DNA from: Methanothermobacter marburgensis str. Marburg
Lineage (GTDB): Archaea > Methanobacteriota > Methanobacteria > Methanobacteriales > Methanothermobacteraceae
NCBI RefSeq assembly: GCF_000145295.1
Contig: NC_014408.1
Location: 1,050,001-1,082,000 of the forward strand
Length of the DNA stretch: 32,000 nucleotides
Reading direction: 5' to 3'
Below the pieces are notes generated by a model. That model saw only the letters and a list, made by a program, of their open reading frames with translations, was not told where the DNA came from and did no database searches. Position numbers and translations under genes: made by a program. This document shows, piece by piece, positions 9,401 through 18,845 of this stretch. Within the stretch, counting starts at the first letter, position 1. Each line of letters opens with the position of its first letter.

Positions 9401-10171
9401 TCAGCGGATCATGTTAAAAATGCCGCTCTCATCCAGTTCAATTTTCATCCCATCCCTCGCTGCCAGTGTACGGATCCCTGTGACCTCCTGAACCCTGAAT
9501 GCCTCCATTTCAGGGTCATTGAGTATCATCTTCATTCCAAGGTGGCTCATCACCGCAAGTCCCGGTTCAACCTCCTCAACGAGTTTTATGAAGTCATCGG
9601 TGCACATGTGACCCCTTATATGGTCGTTCCCGGGCCTTATGACGCTTGCTATGAGAACATCCGCATCCCTGTGGTATTCTGAGAGCCCATCAAAGTATTC
9701 TGTATCCGATGTGTAGGATACTGTAAGATCACCGGCCCTCAGTTTGAATCCCACCCCTGTGGGGTCTCCATGCACGGTCCCTGTACCCATCACCTCAATC
9801 TCCCCTATCTCCACGGTCTCGCCGGGGGATAGTGTCAGGCAGCGAGATTTTCTCTTGTGATAATCTGATATGCAGGGACCCCAGTCCCTGTAGCCATCTA
9901 TGACACTCACACTACCCACAACAGTCCCATTCTGGCGGGTCATCCCTCTTGTCATCGCCTCTATGAGTACCTCGGCGTCGGTGTAATGGTCCGTATGTGA
10001 ATGTGAGACCATGACTGCATCCAGTTTTCTGGGGTCAGCATCGAACTGGTAGGACCTCACAAGGGCACCCGGACCGGGATCCACATGGATGTTCATTCCA
10101 CCGAATCCATCAATTCTAAGTCCACCGGTCATCCTCTTCTGTGTTATGGTGGCGAAATCGTCCGCCACCAC
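9401..10171 (-). CDS. Metallo-beta-lactamase-fold hydrolase
   Basis: HxHxDH motif (VSHSHTDHY) plus downstream His/Asp ligand positions (GTVHGDP, ...SHLGM...). GTG start. An ATATAAAA TATA box lies about 25 nt upstream, consistent with a leaderless mRNA. Confidence 0.75.
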   Translation of the reverse strand: MVADDFATITQKRMTGGLRIDGFGGMNIHVDPGPGALVRSYQFDADPRKLDAVMVSHSHTDHYTDAEVLIEAMTRGMTRQNGTVVGSVSVIDGYRDWGPCISDYHKRKSRCLTLSPGETVEIGEIEVMGTGTVHGDPTGVGFKLRAGDLTVSYTSDTEYFDGLSEYHRDADVLIASVIRPGNDHIRGHMCTDDFIKLVEEVEPGLAVMSHLGMKMILNDPEMEAFRVQEVTGIRTLAARDGMKIELDESGIFNMIR

Positions 10172-10216
10172 TCCCCAGAAATGTTAGCCTCATTTTATAT
10201 CACCTATCTATGTAAT

Positions 10217-10244
10217 GGGGGGAGATTATAAAAATCTATCCCCC
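10217..10244 (-). terminator. Hairpin between the proteasome-like gene and the MBL-fold gene (terminator candidate)
   Basis: Minus-strand RNA GGGGGA-UA-GAU-UUUUAUA-AUC-UCCCCC. The stem is 6+3 bp with a 2-nt bulge and the loop is U-rich. It lies 19-46 nt after the stop at 10263. Confidence 0.35.
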
Positions 10245-10262
10245 TGACGATTTCTTAAAAGT

Positions 10263-11192
10263 CTATTCCTCAGTGCGGCAGATTATGACGTCGCACTCAA
10301 GTTTTATGTCCCTGCCGTCCACGCAGAGGTTCTCGTTCCTCACAGCGACCCCCTCACCTGCAGCCACCGCAACATCGTCTGAGAGCCTCATGAGAACATT
10401 CTCACCGGGGCCTGCAACACGTTTCCATCTGGTGTCGTAGGCCTCGACACCATCTGAAAGTTTCACCTCAACATGGTTGCCGTCCTGACTGATTACACGG
10501 CCAACCTCCCCCTCAGTGAGTATTCTGGATGCCAGTTTCATCTCCTCTCTGCGATCAAGCATCTCTTGTTTAAGTTTAGCCCTCCACTTCTGGAGGAGCC
10601 GGACGTCCCTAACGATTGTATCGCTGAGAAGCTTATGTGCGCTCCTTTTATCCAGTGAGGGACTCTTCATGAAGATATCATATTTACTGCCAACTGAGGG
10701 GGTTCTGGATGAAACGTAATCCATGAGTTCCCTGAAAAGATTTTCAACCTCCTTGAGGGTCGTCTTTGTCTTCCACCTCTTCTTAAGGAACCTGTTTGTC
10801 AGTTCCTTGGCCACCTTATTTCCGAAGACGATTATCGCAGTTTCACCCTTCTCCATGCTGGTTATCCTTGAGCCTGTGAGATCTATTATCTGATAGGCCC
10901 CTGTTGTTGCGTATATCCTTCTCCTCTTTGTCTCGAATGGGGTTTTCTGGCTTATCTCCCCAACAACCACATCCCCCAGGCTTCTCACCTTGGCTGTGTC
11001 ATCTGTGACCTTTATACTGACACCAAGCTCCGACGCCCTTCTGTGGAGTTCATCGTCACTCTTTATCTTCCCACTGTATAGTTCCTCTTCAAGCTTTTCC
11101 CTCTTTGATTTATCCCCAAAGTAGGCTATTCTGCGTTTGTCTCCTGCTATCACGCATCCCCTGGTACTTATGTATGTTATGATGAGACTCAT
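10263..11192 (-). CDS. Proteasome-beta/HslV-like Ntn-fold protein, probably the methanogen DUF2121 'Connectase' family
   Basis: N-terminus M-SLIITYISTRGCVIAGDKR aligns by eye with HslV TTIVSVRRNGHVVIAGDGQ and with proteasome beta TT..G....GVV.A.D.R. The nucleophile-type Ser follows the initiator Met. Length is about 300 aa with a beta-rich C-terminal domain. A GGTGAT SD lies 7 nt upstream of the ATG. Confidence 0.5.
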   Translation of the reverse strand: MSLIITYISTRGCVIAGDKRRIAYFGDKSKREKLEEELYSGKIKSDDELHRRASELGVSIKVTDDTAKVRSLGDVVVGEISQKTPFETKRRRIYATTGAYQIIDLTGSRITSMEKGETAIIVFGNKVAKELTNRFLKKRWKTKTTLKEVENLFRELMDYVSSRTPSVGSKYDIFMKSPSLDKRSAHKLLSDTIVRDVRLLQKWRAKLKQEMLDRREEMKLASRILTEGEVGRVISQDGNHVEVKLSDGVEAYDTRWKRVAGPGENVLMRLSDDVAVAAGEGVAVRNENLCVDGRDIKLECDVIICRTEE

Positions 11193-11286
11193 TGTGGATC
11201 ACCAACAGGTACCATATTTGATTGGGGAAATAATAAATGATTCGAATCCTCACCAGCAAACGCCTCTTAATATTAATAAAGCCGGA

Positions 11287-11305
11287 TCAACATAATTGAT
11301 GTTGA
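11287..11305 (+). promoter_or_regulatory. Perfect inverted repeat (operator-like) over the predicted transcription start of the DUF255-copB operon
   Basis: TCAACAT-AATTG-ATGTTGA. It lies about 10-25 nt downstream of the TTAATATTAATAAA TATA region (11267-11280) and abuts the GAGGGGAGG SD. Confidence 0.4.
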
Positions 11306-11314
11306 GGGGAGGAA

Positions 11315-13348
11315 ATGAAAGGTAAAGAATTCACTAATTCTCTGATAAATGAGAAGAGTCCCTACCTGCTTCAGCATGCCCACAACCCTGTTAACTGGTA
11401 CCCGTGGGGGGATGAGGCATTCCAGCTGGCAGGGGAGGAAGAAAAACCCATATTTCTATCCATAGGCTACTCGACATGTCACTGGTGCCATGTGATGGCA
11501 CGGGAATCCTTTGAGGACCCTGAAATCGCAGACATACTCAATGAAAACTTTGTGGCTGTCAAGGTTGATAGGGAGGAGCGCCCTGACATCGACGCCATAT
11601 ACATGAAGGTCTGCCAGATGATGACCGGGACAGGTGGCTGGCCCCTCACCATCATCATGACACCTGAGGGGGAACCATTCTTTGCAGGAACCTACTTCCC
11701 GCCCGACGACCGGGGCGGTGTACCAGGCCTCAGGACAATCCTCGAAAGGGTGGTTCTGCTCTGGAAGAACGACCCTGATGGAATAGTAAAAACTGCCAGG
11801 GATGTTGTCAGTGCCCTTAAAAAGTCTGTGGCGAAAGCATCCAAACTCAAACCTGAAACCGTGGATGCAGCATATGAGTATCTAAGGAGGAACTTCGATA
11901 CCCGGAACGGCGGCTTCGGGTCCTACCAGAAGTTCCCGACACCCCACAACATCTACTTCCTCCTGAGGTATCACCTGAGGCGAGGGGACGATGAGGCCCT
12001 GAGGATGGTTAACCTTACCCTAAGGAGGATGAGGTACGGGGGCATATATGACCAGCTGGGCTACGGATTCCACAGATACGCGGTTGAACCCACCTGGACT
12101 GTGCCACACTTTGAGAAGATGCTCTATGATCAGGCACTGATACTGAAAGCCTACCTGGAGGCCTTCCAGGTTACCTGTGATGATCTCTACAAAAAAACCG
12201 CCCTTGAGATTGTTGAATACGTTCTTGGAAACCTCCAGTCCCCTGAGGGGGCTTTCTATTCAGCAGAGGATGCCGAGAGTGAGGGAGTTGAGGGTAAGTA
12301 CTACCTCTGGAGGGCCTCTGAGATACGCGAGGTCCTGGGGGATGACGCAAACGTTGTAATGCGCTACTTCAACGTCCTTGAGGATGGAAACTTTGCAGGT
12401 GATGTGAGGGGGGAGAACATACTCCACATTGGCTCCCCATGGAGGGTTGCAGATGAGTTCAACCTCACACTTGATGAGCTCAATGAGATCATAGAGAATG
12501 CAAGGAGGCACCTCCTTGAGAGGAGGATGGAGCGGCCGACCCCCGCCCTGGATGATAAGATATTAACTGACTGGAACGGCCTTATGCTTGGGGCCCTTGC
12601 AGCGTGTGGGAGGATCCTCGACAGCGAAGAGGCCCTGGCCGCCGCAGAGAGATGCCTCAAATTCATCATGGACAACCTACACGTGGATGGTGAGCTTCTT
12701 CACCGCTACCGTGACTCGGAGGCTGGAATAGACGGAAAGCTCGATGATTACGCATTCCTCATCTGGGGCCTCCTTGAGTTGCATGATGCGACCTTCAGGG
12801 AGGGTTACGTTGAGATGGCCCTTGAACTATCAGAATCCCTTGAGGATAGATTCGGTGCCCCTGATGGTGGATTCTATTTAACCGATGACCCCAAGCTAAT
12901 AGTAAGACCCATGGATGCGACTGATGGTGCTATACCCTCAGGAAACTCTGTGCAGATGCTTAACCTCCTGAGGCTGGGAGGCATCCTCGAGGATGATGAT
13001 CTAACAGAATCTGCCAGGGGCGTGATGAGGGCCTTTGCCGGTGATGTTGAATCTGCACCGGCAGCCCACACATTCCTCCTCTCCAATTTAGAGTGGGCCA
13101 TCAGTGGAGGGAGGTCACTCACCGTCGTATGCAGCGGAAACCCCGTTATACCCGTGGAGCTCATGAAGAAACTGATACCTGACTTCACCATGACCGTTAT
13201 GCCCCGTGACTGGCCCATTGCACCCCCACACCTTAGGGGTAAGAGGGCCCCGCCTGAGGGCTGCGCCTACTACCTCTGTGATGGCAGCAGATGCTACCCC
13301 CCGCTGAATGATCCCAGAGACGTCATGGAACACTTGGGGGTGATCTAG
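11315..13348 (+). CDS. Thioredoxin-domain protein of the DUF255/YyaL (SPATA20-like) family with a six-hairpin (alpha/alpha)6 domain
   Basis: [24 protein letters not shown]...[29 protein letters not shown]...[12 protein letters not shown] is the highly conserved N-terminal signature of this family. The 677-aa length fits. Confidence 0.8.
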   Translation: MKGKEFTNSLINEKSPYLLQHAHNPVNWYPWGDEAFQLAGEEEKPIFLSIGYSTCHWCHVMARESFEDPEIADILNENFVAVKVDREERPDIDAIYMKVCQMMTGTGGWPLTIIMTPEGEPFFAGTYFPPDDRGGVPGLRTILERVVLLWKNDPDGIVKTARDVVSALKKSVAKASKLKPETVDAAYEYLRRNFDTRNGGFGSYQKFPTPHNIYFLLRYHLRRGDDEALRMVNLTLRRMRYGGIYDQLGYGFHRYAVEPTWTVPHFEKMLYDQALILKAYLEAFQVTCDDLYKKTALEIVEYVLGNLQSPEGAFYSAEDAESEGVEGKYYLWRASEIREVLGDDANVVMRYFNVLEDGNFAGDVRGENILHIGSPWRVADEFNLTLDELNEIIENARRHLLERRMERPTPALDDKILTDWNGLMLGALAACGRILDSEEALAAAERCLKFIMDNLHVDGELLHRYRDSEAGIDGKLDDYAFLIWGLLELHDATFREGYVEMALELSESLEDRFGAPDGGFYLTDDPKLIVRPMDATDGAIPSGNSVQMLNLLRLGGILEDDDLTESARGVMRAFAGDVESAPAAHTFLLSNLEWAISGGRSLTVVCSGNPVIPVELMKKLIPDFTMTVMPRDWPIAPPHLRGKRAPPEGCAYYLCDGSRCYPPLNDPRDVMEHLGVI

Positions 13349-13349
13349 G

Positions 13350-15293
13350 ATGGAGATGCACAGACACCATGAAATGGAATACAGGAGGCGGTTCATTGTA
13401 TGCCTCCTACTTACCATCCCTGTTATCCTGCTTGGTGAACTGCCAACAGGGACTGTTCTGGTAAGCTTTGAGGGTAGTGAATTCGTTGTTCTGATTATAT
13501 CCTCCATCATCTTCTTCTATGGGGGCTACCCCTTCCTGAGGGGATCCCTGAGGGAGATCTCATCCCGAACCCCCGGTATGATGACCCTCATCGCAGTGGC
13601 CATAACCATGGCGTACATCTACAGCCTGGGGGTACTGGCGGGCCTTGAGGGTATGGTATTCTTCGTTGAACTTGTAACCCTTATTGACGTCATGCTACTG
13701 GGGCACTGGATCGAGATGAGATCCGTCCGGAGCGCCTCAGGGGCCATTGAGAGGCTTGCAAGGCTCATCCCCAAGAAGGCCCACCTCCTGGTCGACGGGA
13801 AGGTTGAGGATGTTGATGTGGCCGACCTCAAACCAGGTGACATTGTGCTTGTGAGGTCAGCGGAGAAGATACCCACTGATGGAACCGTGATAAAGGGGGA
13901 GTCCCATGTAAATGAGGCGCTGCTCACAGGGGAGTCCGTTCCCATCAGAAAATCCCCTGGTGACCTGGTTATTGGGGGTTCCATCAACACCGGAGGCTCC
14001 CTAACCGTGGAGGTGGAGCGTGTTGGTGAGGAATCATTCATTTCCCAGATAATCCAGCTTGTGGGAACGGCCCAGGAGGGAAGGACAAGAACGCAGGTGC
14101 TGGCAGACAGGGCGGCATTCTGGTTAACCCTTGTCGCCCTTACAGGGGGGGCTATCACATTCACAGCGTGGTACGCAATTGGTATGGGAGCCTTCTTCTC
14201 ACTTGAAAGGTCAGTGACGGTCATGGTCACCGCCTGCCCCCATGCCCTGGGACTTGCAATACCCCTTGTGATAGCGGTCTCCACCGCAATCTCAGCAGGA
14301 AGGGGGATACTCATAAGGAACCGGAAAGCCTTCGAAAACGCCATGAACCCTGATGTTGTTGTCTTTGACAAGACAGGGACACTGACTGTTGGTGAGCTGG
14401 GAATAACCGATGTCATATCCTTTGACCCTGAAATGGATGAAGGGGAAATACTATCCTATGCTGCAGCCGTTGAGTCAGCCTCCAGTCACCCCATAGCCAG
14501 GGGCATAGTTGAGGCCGTGGATGAGGTGCTCCCTGTGGAGAACTTTGCGGCGATAGGTGGAAGGGGCGTCATGGGGCATGTGAACGGATCAAGGGTGAAG
14601 GTACTCAGCTACAGTTACACAGAGGAACTCGGACTCATGGTTAAGGACCCCCGGGTTGATGAACTCATGGAGCAGCCAAAAACCACGGTCTTTGTAACCG
14701 TGAATGATGAACTGAAGGGCTGCATTGCCCTTGCAGATGTCATACGCCCAGAGGCAAGGGAGGCCACTAGGATTCTCAAATCAAGGGGTGTAAGGTGCCT
14801 GATGTTAACCGGTGACAGCCAGAGGGTCGCCGAGTGGGTTGCCTCAGAACTTGGCATTGAAGAATACCAGGCAGAACTCATCCCCCAGGAGAAATATGAG
14901 GTCATAAGGGGGCTGCAGGACGATGGACTCAGGGTTGCCGTGGTGGGGGATGGTGTCAACGACGCCCCGGCCCTTGCACAGGCAGATATAGGAATAGCCA
15001 TAGGGGCCGGGACCGACGTGGCGATCGAAAGTGCGGATGTGGTGCTTGTGAGGAGCAACCCCCTGGATGTTGTTGACCTCATGGACCTTGCATCGGCCAC
15101 CTACAGCAAGATGAAGGAGAACCTGATCTGGGCCACAGGTTACAACGTCATAGCCCTCCCCCTTGCTGCTGGGGTGCTGTATGGTCAGGGCCTTATCCTG
15201 ACGCCAGCCATGGGGGCCATACTCATGTCTGTAAGTACTGTCATAGTGGCCCTCAACGCCAAGACATTCAGCTTCAGGGGTCAGAGCGGTTAG
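13350..15293 (+). CDS. copB: Heavy-metal P1B-type ATPase, CopB-like (CPH motif, His-rich N-terminus)
   Basis: Has DKTGTLT phosphorylation site, TGES actuator motif, LTGD, GDGVNDAPAL and transmembrane CPH (VTACPHALGLA). There is no CxxC metal-binding domain, but a His-rich start MEMHRHHEM. The ATG is 2 nt after the upstream stop, with a GGGGGTGAT SD inside the upstream gene. Confidence 0.8.
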   Translation: MEMHRHHEMEYRRRFIVCLLLTIPVILLGELPTGTVLVSFEGSEFVVLIISSIIFFYGGYPFLRGSLREISSRTPGMMTLIAVAITMAYIYSLGVLAGLEGMVFFVELVTLIDVMLLGHWIEMRSVRSASGAIERLARLIPKKAHLLVDGKVEDVDVADLKPGDIVLVRSAEKIPTDGTVIKGESHVNEALLTGESVPIRKSPGDLVIGGSINTGGSLTVEVERVGEESFISQIIQLVGTAQEGRTRTQVLADRAAFWLTLVALTGGAITFTAWYAIGMGAFFSLERSVTVMVTACPHALGLAIPLVIAVSTAISAGRGILIRNRKAFENAMNPDVVVFDKTGTLTVGELGITDVISFDPEMDEGEILSYAAAVESASSHPIARGIVEAVDEVLPVENFAAIGGRGVMGHVNGSRVKVLSYSYTEELGLMVKDPRVDELMEQPKTTVFVTVNDELKGCIALADVIRPEAREATRILKSRGVRCLMLTGDSQRVAEWVASELGIEEYQAELIPQEKYEVIRGLQDDGLRVAVVGDGVNDAPALAQADIGIAIGAGTDVAIESADVVLVRSNPLDVVDLMDLASATYSKMKENLIWATGYNVIALPLAAGVLYGQGLILTPAMGAILMSVSTVIVALNAKTFSFRGQSG

Positions 15294-15365
15294 GTTCACA
15301 GCCAGGGAACATAAAATGAAAGGATTAAATATGAGTTGATGGCATATATTAGATGGGTGAAAAAA

Positions 15366-15950
15366 ATGAAAAGGACCCTGGAGAACCTTACAAAGGCCTT
15401 CATTGGTGAAAGCCAGGCAAGGAACAGGTACACCTTCTATGCGAAAATTGCAAAGAAGGAGGGATTCGAGCAGATATCCGAGATATTCCTGACCACCGCG
15501 GACAATGAGAGGGAACACGCCAAGTGGCTCTTCCGCCTCATAAATCAACTCAGAGAGGAAGCAGGGGATGAGCCCGAGTCCACTGTTGTGGATGCCGAGG
15601 CTCCCCTCATACTTGGAAGTACCGATGAGAACCTGATAGCTGCCATTGCAGGTGAGCACTACGAGAACAGCGAAATGTACCCTGAATTTGCCGATGTTGC
15701 AGAGGAGGAGGGGTACCCTGAGATTGCCAAGAGGCTCAGGGCGATAGGAGAGGCAGAGAAGCACCACGAGGAACGTTACAGAAAGCTCCTTAAACTTGTT
15801 GAAACAGGCAAAGTTTACAGGAAGGATGAACCTGTGGTCTGGGTCTGCAGGAAGTGTGGCTACGTCCATGAGGGTACAGAGCCACCAGAGAAGTGTCCAT
15901 CATGTGACCACCCCGCCAGGTACTTCCAGGTGAAATGTGAGGAGTACTAG
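15366..15950 (+). CDS. rbr: Rubrerythrin
   Basis: [21 protein letters not shown]... with the ExxH di-iron motifs ([21 protein letters not shown]) and a C-terminal rubredoxin-like CRKCG...CPSCD. The track ORF starts at TTG 15336, but ATG 15366 with a GGGTGA SD matches usual rubrerythrin N-termini. Confidence 0.85.
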   Translation: MKRTLENLTKAFIGESQARNRYTFYAKIAKKEGFEQISEIFLTTADNEREHAKWLFRLINQLREEAGDEPESTVVDAEAPLILGSTDENLIAAIAGEHYENSEMYPEFADVAEEEGYPEIAKRLRAIGEAEKHHEERYRKLLKLVETGKVYRKDEPVVWVCRKCGYVHEGTEPPEKCPSCDHPARYFQVKCEEY

Positions 15951-15962
15951 AAGGGAAGCCAC

Positions 15963-16337
15963 ATGACAGAAAGGAACCAGATATTCCGGTGCAACGTCTG
16001 CGGAAACATCGTTGAGGTGCTCAACCCCGGTGCGGGTCAGCTTGTATGCTGCAACCAGCCAATGGAGCTCCTCGTTGCAAGAAGGACAGATGTTGGCCCT
16101 GAAAAGCACGTGCCCGTTGTTGAGAGGAGCGGCGATGGGATCAGGGTTAAAATTGGTGAGGTACCCCACCCAATGGAGGAGAACCATCACATACAGTGGG
16201 TAGAGGTCATAGCAGGGGAGGAGGTCCACAGGAGGGATCTCAGTCCAGGTGACAGGCCAGAGGCTGAATTCCCTGTTGACCCTGACTCAGAGTTCATGGT
16301 GAGGGCCTACTGCAATATACATGGACTCTGGTACTGA
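15963..16337 (+). CDS. dfx: Desulfoferrodoxin (2Fe superoxide reductase)
   Basis: N-terminal desulforedoxin-type centre (CNVCGNIVEV...LVCC) and C-terminal SOR centre with His/Cys ligands (KHVPV, HPMEENHHIQW, YCNIHGLW). 124 aa, 12 nt downstream of rbr. Confidence 0.85.
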   Translation: MTERNQIFRCNVCGNIVEVLNPGAGQLVCCNQPMELLVARRTDVGPEKHVPVVERSGDGIRVKIGEVPHPMEENHHIQWVEVIAGEEVHRRDLSPGDRPEAEFPVDPDSEFMVRAYCNIHGLWY

Positions 16338-16469
16338 GATGGTCCAATCAACCCTTAAATTAATCCATAGAATGAATTTTGCTGCTCTAAATTTAAATAA
16401 GAAGTATCTGGGCATGTATTAGTATGTACGGGATCCTCTAGAGAGTTTTTATGGAAGGAGGCTTTATTT

Positions 16470-16829
16470 ATGAAAATTAAATACATAACCATGATAGTTG
16501 AAGATATGGATGAATCCGTCCGATTTTACAGGGATGTCATGGGTTTTGAGGTGGATAGCCACTATGACCTCGGAGATCATGGTGAGATAACCCTCCTCAG
16601 GGGTGATGGGGAAACCATGGTGGAGCTCATAAGGAATCCCATCAATAAACAGGGGTTATTCTCGGTGGGAATGGACGTTGATGACCTTGAAGTCACACTC
16701 AGGGAGCTGAGATCCCGTGGGGCAAAGGTTGTAATGGAACCAACACCCATAACGGTGGGAAAACTTGCATTCATAGAGGACCCCAATGGGGTGAGGATAG
16801 CCCTGATTCAGCACATGGACAGTGAGTGA
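16470..16829 (+). CDS. VOC-family (glyoxalase I / bleomycin-resistance fold) protein
   Basis: [28 protein letters not shown]... and ...[15 protein letters not shown] are the typical beta-alpha-beta-beta-beta module starts and ends of VOC proteins. GGAGG SD upstream. Confidence 0.7.
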   Translation: MKIKYITMIVEDMDESVRFYRDVMGFEVDSHYDLGDHGEITLLRGDGETMVELIRNPINKQGLFSVGMDVDDLEVTLRELRSRGAKVVMEPTPITVGKLAFIEDPNGVRIALIQHMDSE

Positions 16830-16837
16830 AGATTAAT

Positions 16838-16950
16838 TTACAGATTATCTGACTCCATACCAGTGAAGAATCCTGACACCATAAACCCCATAGTTACAGA
16901 CCATCTGGCTCCATAACTGCCAAAAAAAACTGAGCCCATAAACCCAAAAC
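16838..16950. repeat. Imperfect tandem repeat of about 56 bp in the intergenic region upstream of the lipoprotein gene
   Basis: ttacagaTTatctgActccataC...ccataaacccc (16838-16893) versus ttacagaCCatctgGctccataA...cccataaaccc (16894-16950). The ends are well conserved and the middle diverges (roughly 70% identity by eye). Confidence 0.6.
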
Positions 16951-16980
16951 TTTTATTTTTCAAATTATAAAATCCTCTCC

Positions 16981-17469
16981 ATGAAGCGGATCTATCTTAT
17001 TGCACTCCTTCTTCTTACCGTGAGTGTGAGTGGATGCATAACTTCAGGGAACAGCAGCATCAACCAGCTTACCCCCCAGATAAATGATCATATAAAGAAG
17101 GGTGATGCTTATTTCAATGAATCAGCACTTGCAGCAAACAGCTTCAAACTGGACGAGGCGCTTTCAAAGTGTGAACTTGCAGAGAGTGAGTACAGTTCCG
17201 CAAGGAGCCTTGCATCCGAGGCCCTGGGTCATGCTAAGGATGCAGGTGACCCCATAGTGGTCAACTACATCGAACTACTGGTCTCTGAGCTGGAGGCAAA
17301 ACTCAACGCCACCTACCAGCTTAAGAATGCCATACAGATGTTCACACTGAACGATACCGAGAGCGGGAACTCCAATATAGAACTTGCAAATGGTTACATG
17401 CTGAGTGCAAAGGAATTTGAAAGAAAAAGACAGGAAATTGTAAATAAAAATCCTGAGAGGTTCAGTTAA
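16981..17469 (+). CDS. Putative secreted lipoprotein, unknown function
   Basis: Signal peptide MKRIYLIALLLLTVSVSGC with a lipobox-like VSGC. The remainder is helical with several N-x-S/T sequons. Confidence 0.5.
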   Translation: MKRIYLIALLLLTVSVSGCITSGNSSINQLTPQINDHIKKGDAYFNESALAANSFKLDEALSKCELAESEYSSARSLASEALGHAKDAGDPIVVNYIELLVSELEAKLNATYQLKNAIQMFTLNDTESGNSNIELANGYMLSAKEFERKRQEIVNKNPERFS

Positions 17470-17512
17470 CCCACAGTACACACTTTTTATAAACTGAAAG
17501 GTTCAGGTCCCC

Positions 17513-18727
17513 TTATGGGGTCCCTTCAACCTGGGTCCCTTCAACCTCCAGGAACCTTTCCCCTGTGATTCTAACAGCCAGCGATCCCACAGGTGCTGTG
17601 AAAAGTATGGCAAGCACCGCCATTGCGAGTATTGTTTGACCCGCTGCAACCCCCGCAGCAAGGGGTATGGCACCCACAGCTGCCTGCACAGTAGCTTTTG
17701 GTATGTATGCTGCTATGCAGAATACTTTTTCCCTCAAATTAAGGTTGGAGCCCCTGAGTGCCAGGAGCACACCCATGCTCCTTGCTGCAAGTCCCAGGAC
17801 TATCACCGCAAGTCCCAGGAGCCCCACCTGGAATATGAGTTTAACGTCAACCGCTGCCCCCACAAGCACGAAGAGCAGTATCTCTGCAAATATCCATACC
17901 TTGTTGAATTTCTCAGAGAGCTTGAGTCCTGTCTCAGGCATCCTCTCAAGTATAACAAGCCCTGTTACCATCACGCCAACGAGTGCGGCTATCGGGACAT
18001 GTGCACTGAGTATATCCCCTGCATTTTTAAGAAGTATTGCAGCGCCCAGGATGATAAGCGTCTTCTCAGTGTTTCTTATCTCAAATTTCCTGAAGAGATA
18101 CACCAGGGCAAGGCCAAGGGCAAGACCTGCAACTATACCTGTCAGAATGGACATCGGAACCCCCAGGGCCTCCACAAGGAAGTTAACCTGCTGTCCCTGA
18201 TACATTCCCAGGAACACCGAGAAGAGGGTTATTGAAACAACGTCATCCACAGATGCACCTGTGAGTATAATGGTGGGTATACCCTTGGCTGTCCCCATCC
18301 TCCTCTCAATGAAGGATAGCATCTGTGGGACTATAACCGCAGGTGAAACCGCGGCTATAACAAAACCAAGGATACCCGCCTCTATGAGTGGAAGCCCCAG
18401 TATGTAGTGGGCCGCGAACATCACAGCGAACCCCTCAACCACGTCGGGTATGAAACTCATCTTAACTGCCGTCATACCCACCTTTCTGAGGCTTTCAAGG
18501 TTTATACCGAAACCAGCCCTCAGGAGGATTATTATGAGTGCTATGACCCTGAGGTCCGGTGAAACGTCCATTATACTCTTTGATATCAGGTTAAGTCCAT
18601 GGGGACCTATCAGCATGCCAAGTACAAGCATCCCCGTGATTCCAGGTATTCCGATACGGTTGAATACTCTGCTGAACAGAAGGCCAAGTAAGATAATAAC
18701 AGCTACGCTGAATGCAACATACTCCAA
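17513..18727 (-). CDS. Monovalent cation:proton antiporter (CPA-type Na+/H+ exchanger family)
   Basis: 404 aa with about 11-12 hydrophobic helices. N-terminus ...RIGIPGITGMLVLGMLIGPHGLNL... is typical of Na_H_Exchanger-domain proteins. TTG start with GGAGGT SD at 6-nt spacing. Confidence 0.7.
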   Translation of the reverse strand: MEYVAFSVAVIILLGLLFSRVFNRIGIPGITGMLVLGMLIGPHGLNLISKSIMDVSPDLRVIALIIILLRAGFGINLESLRKVGMTAVKMSFIPDVVEGFAVMFAAHYILGLPLIEAGILGFVIAAVSPAVIVPQMLSFIERRMGTAKGIPTIILTGASVDDVVSITLFSVFLGMYQGQQVNFLVEALGVPMSILTGIVAGLALGLALVYLFRKFEIRNTEKTLIILGAAILLKNAGDILSAHVPIAALVGVMVTGLVILERMPETGLKLSEKFNKVWIFAEILLFVLVGAAVDVKLIFQVGLLGLAVIVLGLAARSMGVLLALRGSNLNLREKVFCIAAYIPKATVQAAVGAIPLAAGVAAGQTILAMAVLAILFTAPVGSLAVRITGERFLEVEGTQVEGTP

Positions 18728-18734
18728 ATTGATA

Positions 18735-18759
18735 CCTCCATCTGGAGGATAGCTCCTCC
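18735..18759 (-). promoter_or_regulatory. Leader RNA element with two mutually exclusive hairpins, one of which occludes the antiporter SD
   Basis: The minus-strand RNA is GGAGGA-GCUA-UCCUCC-AGAU-GGAGG-UAUCAAU-UUG. The central CCUCC can pair with the upstream GGAGGA (6 bp) or with the downstream SD GGAGG (5 bp). Confidence 0.4.
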
Positions 18760-18845
18760 TACATTTTTTTCTGCAGGAGTCATCAGCCAGAAAAAGCGTT
18801 TAAAGGTGGACTCCATCACCTATAGATTGAACTTTCAGACTGATT

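Noticed and set aside
9332-9682. A 116-aa plus-strand ORF starts in the tRNA promoter region.
   Set aside because: It runs antisense through the 3' half of the MBL-fold hydrolase gene. It has no SD, and its start lies inside the tRNA-Thr TATA/BRE region. The sequence is not protein-like.
14844-15869. A 341-codon ORF on the minus strand spans the 3' end of the P-type ATPase gene, the spacer and most of rubrerythrin.
   Set aside because: It is antisense to two genes with unmistakable conserved motifs. Its translation is low-complexity and rich in Leu, Cys, His and Gly, and matches no family I recognise. Similarly long antisense ORFs occur opposite many genes here (13619..14416, 27100..27876, 7149..7718, 17636..18235). 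This looks like a by-product of codon bias, not an overlapping gene.
16430-16443. GGGATCCTCTAGAG is a 14-nt exact match to the BamHI-XbaI core of the pUC/M13 polylinker. It lies just upstream of the VOC-family gene.
   Set aside because: The flanks do not continue into polylinker sequence on either side (no SmaI/KpnI or SalI/PstI continuation). No second vector-like junction lies downstream of the gene, and the local composition is ordinary. I treat it as a post-hoc coincidence of two adjacent palindromic sites. A BLAST of 16380-16480 against UniVec would settle it.
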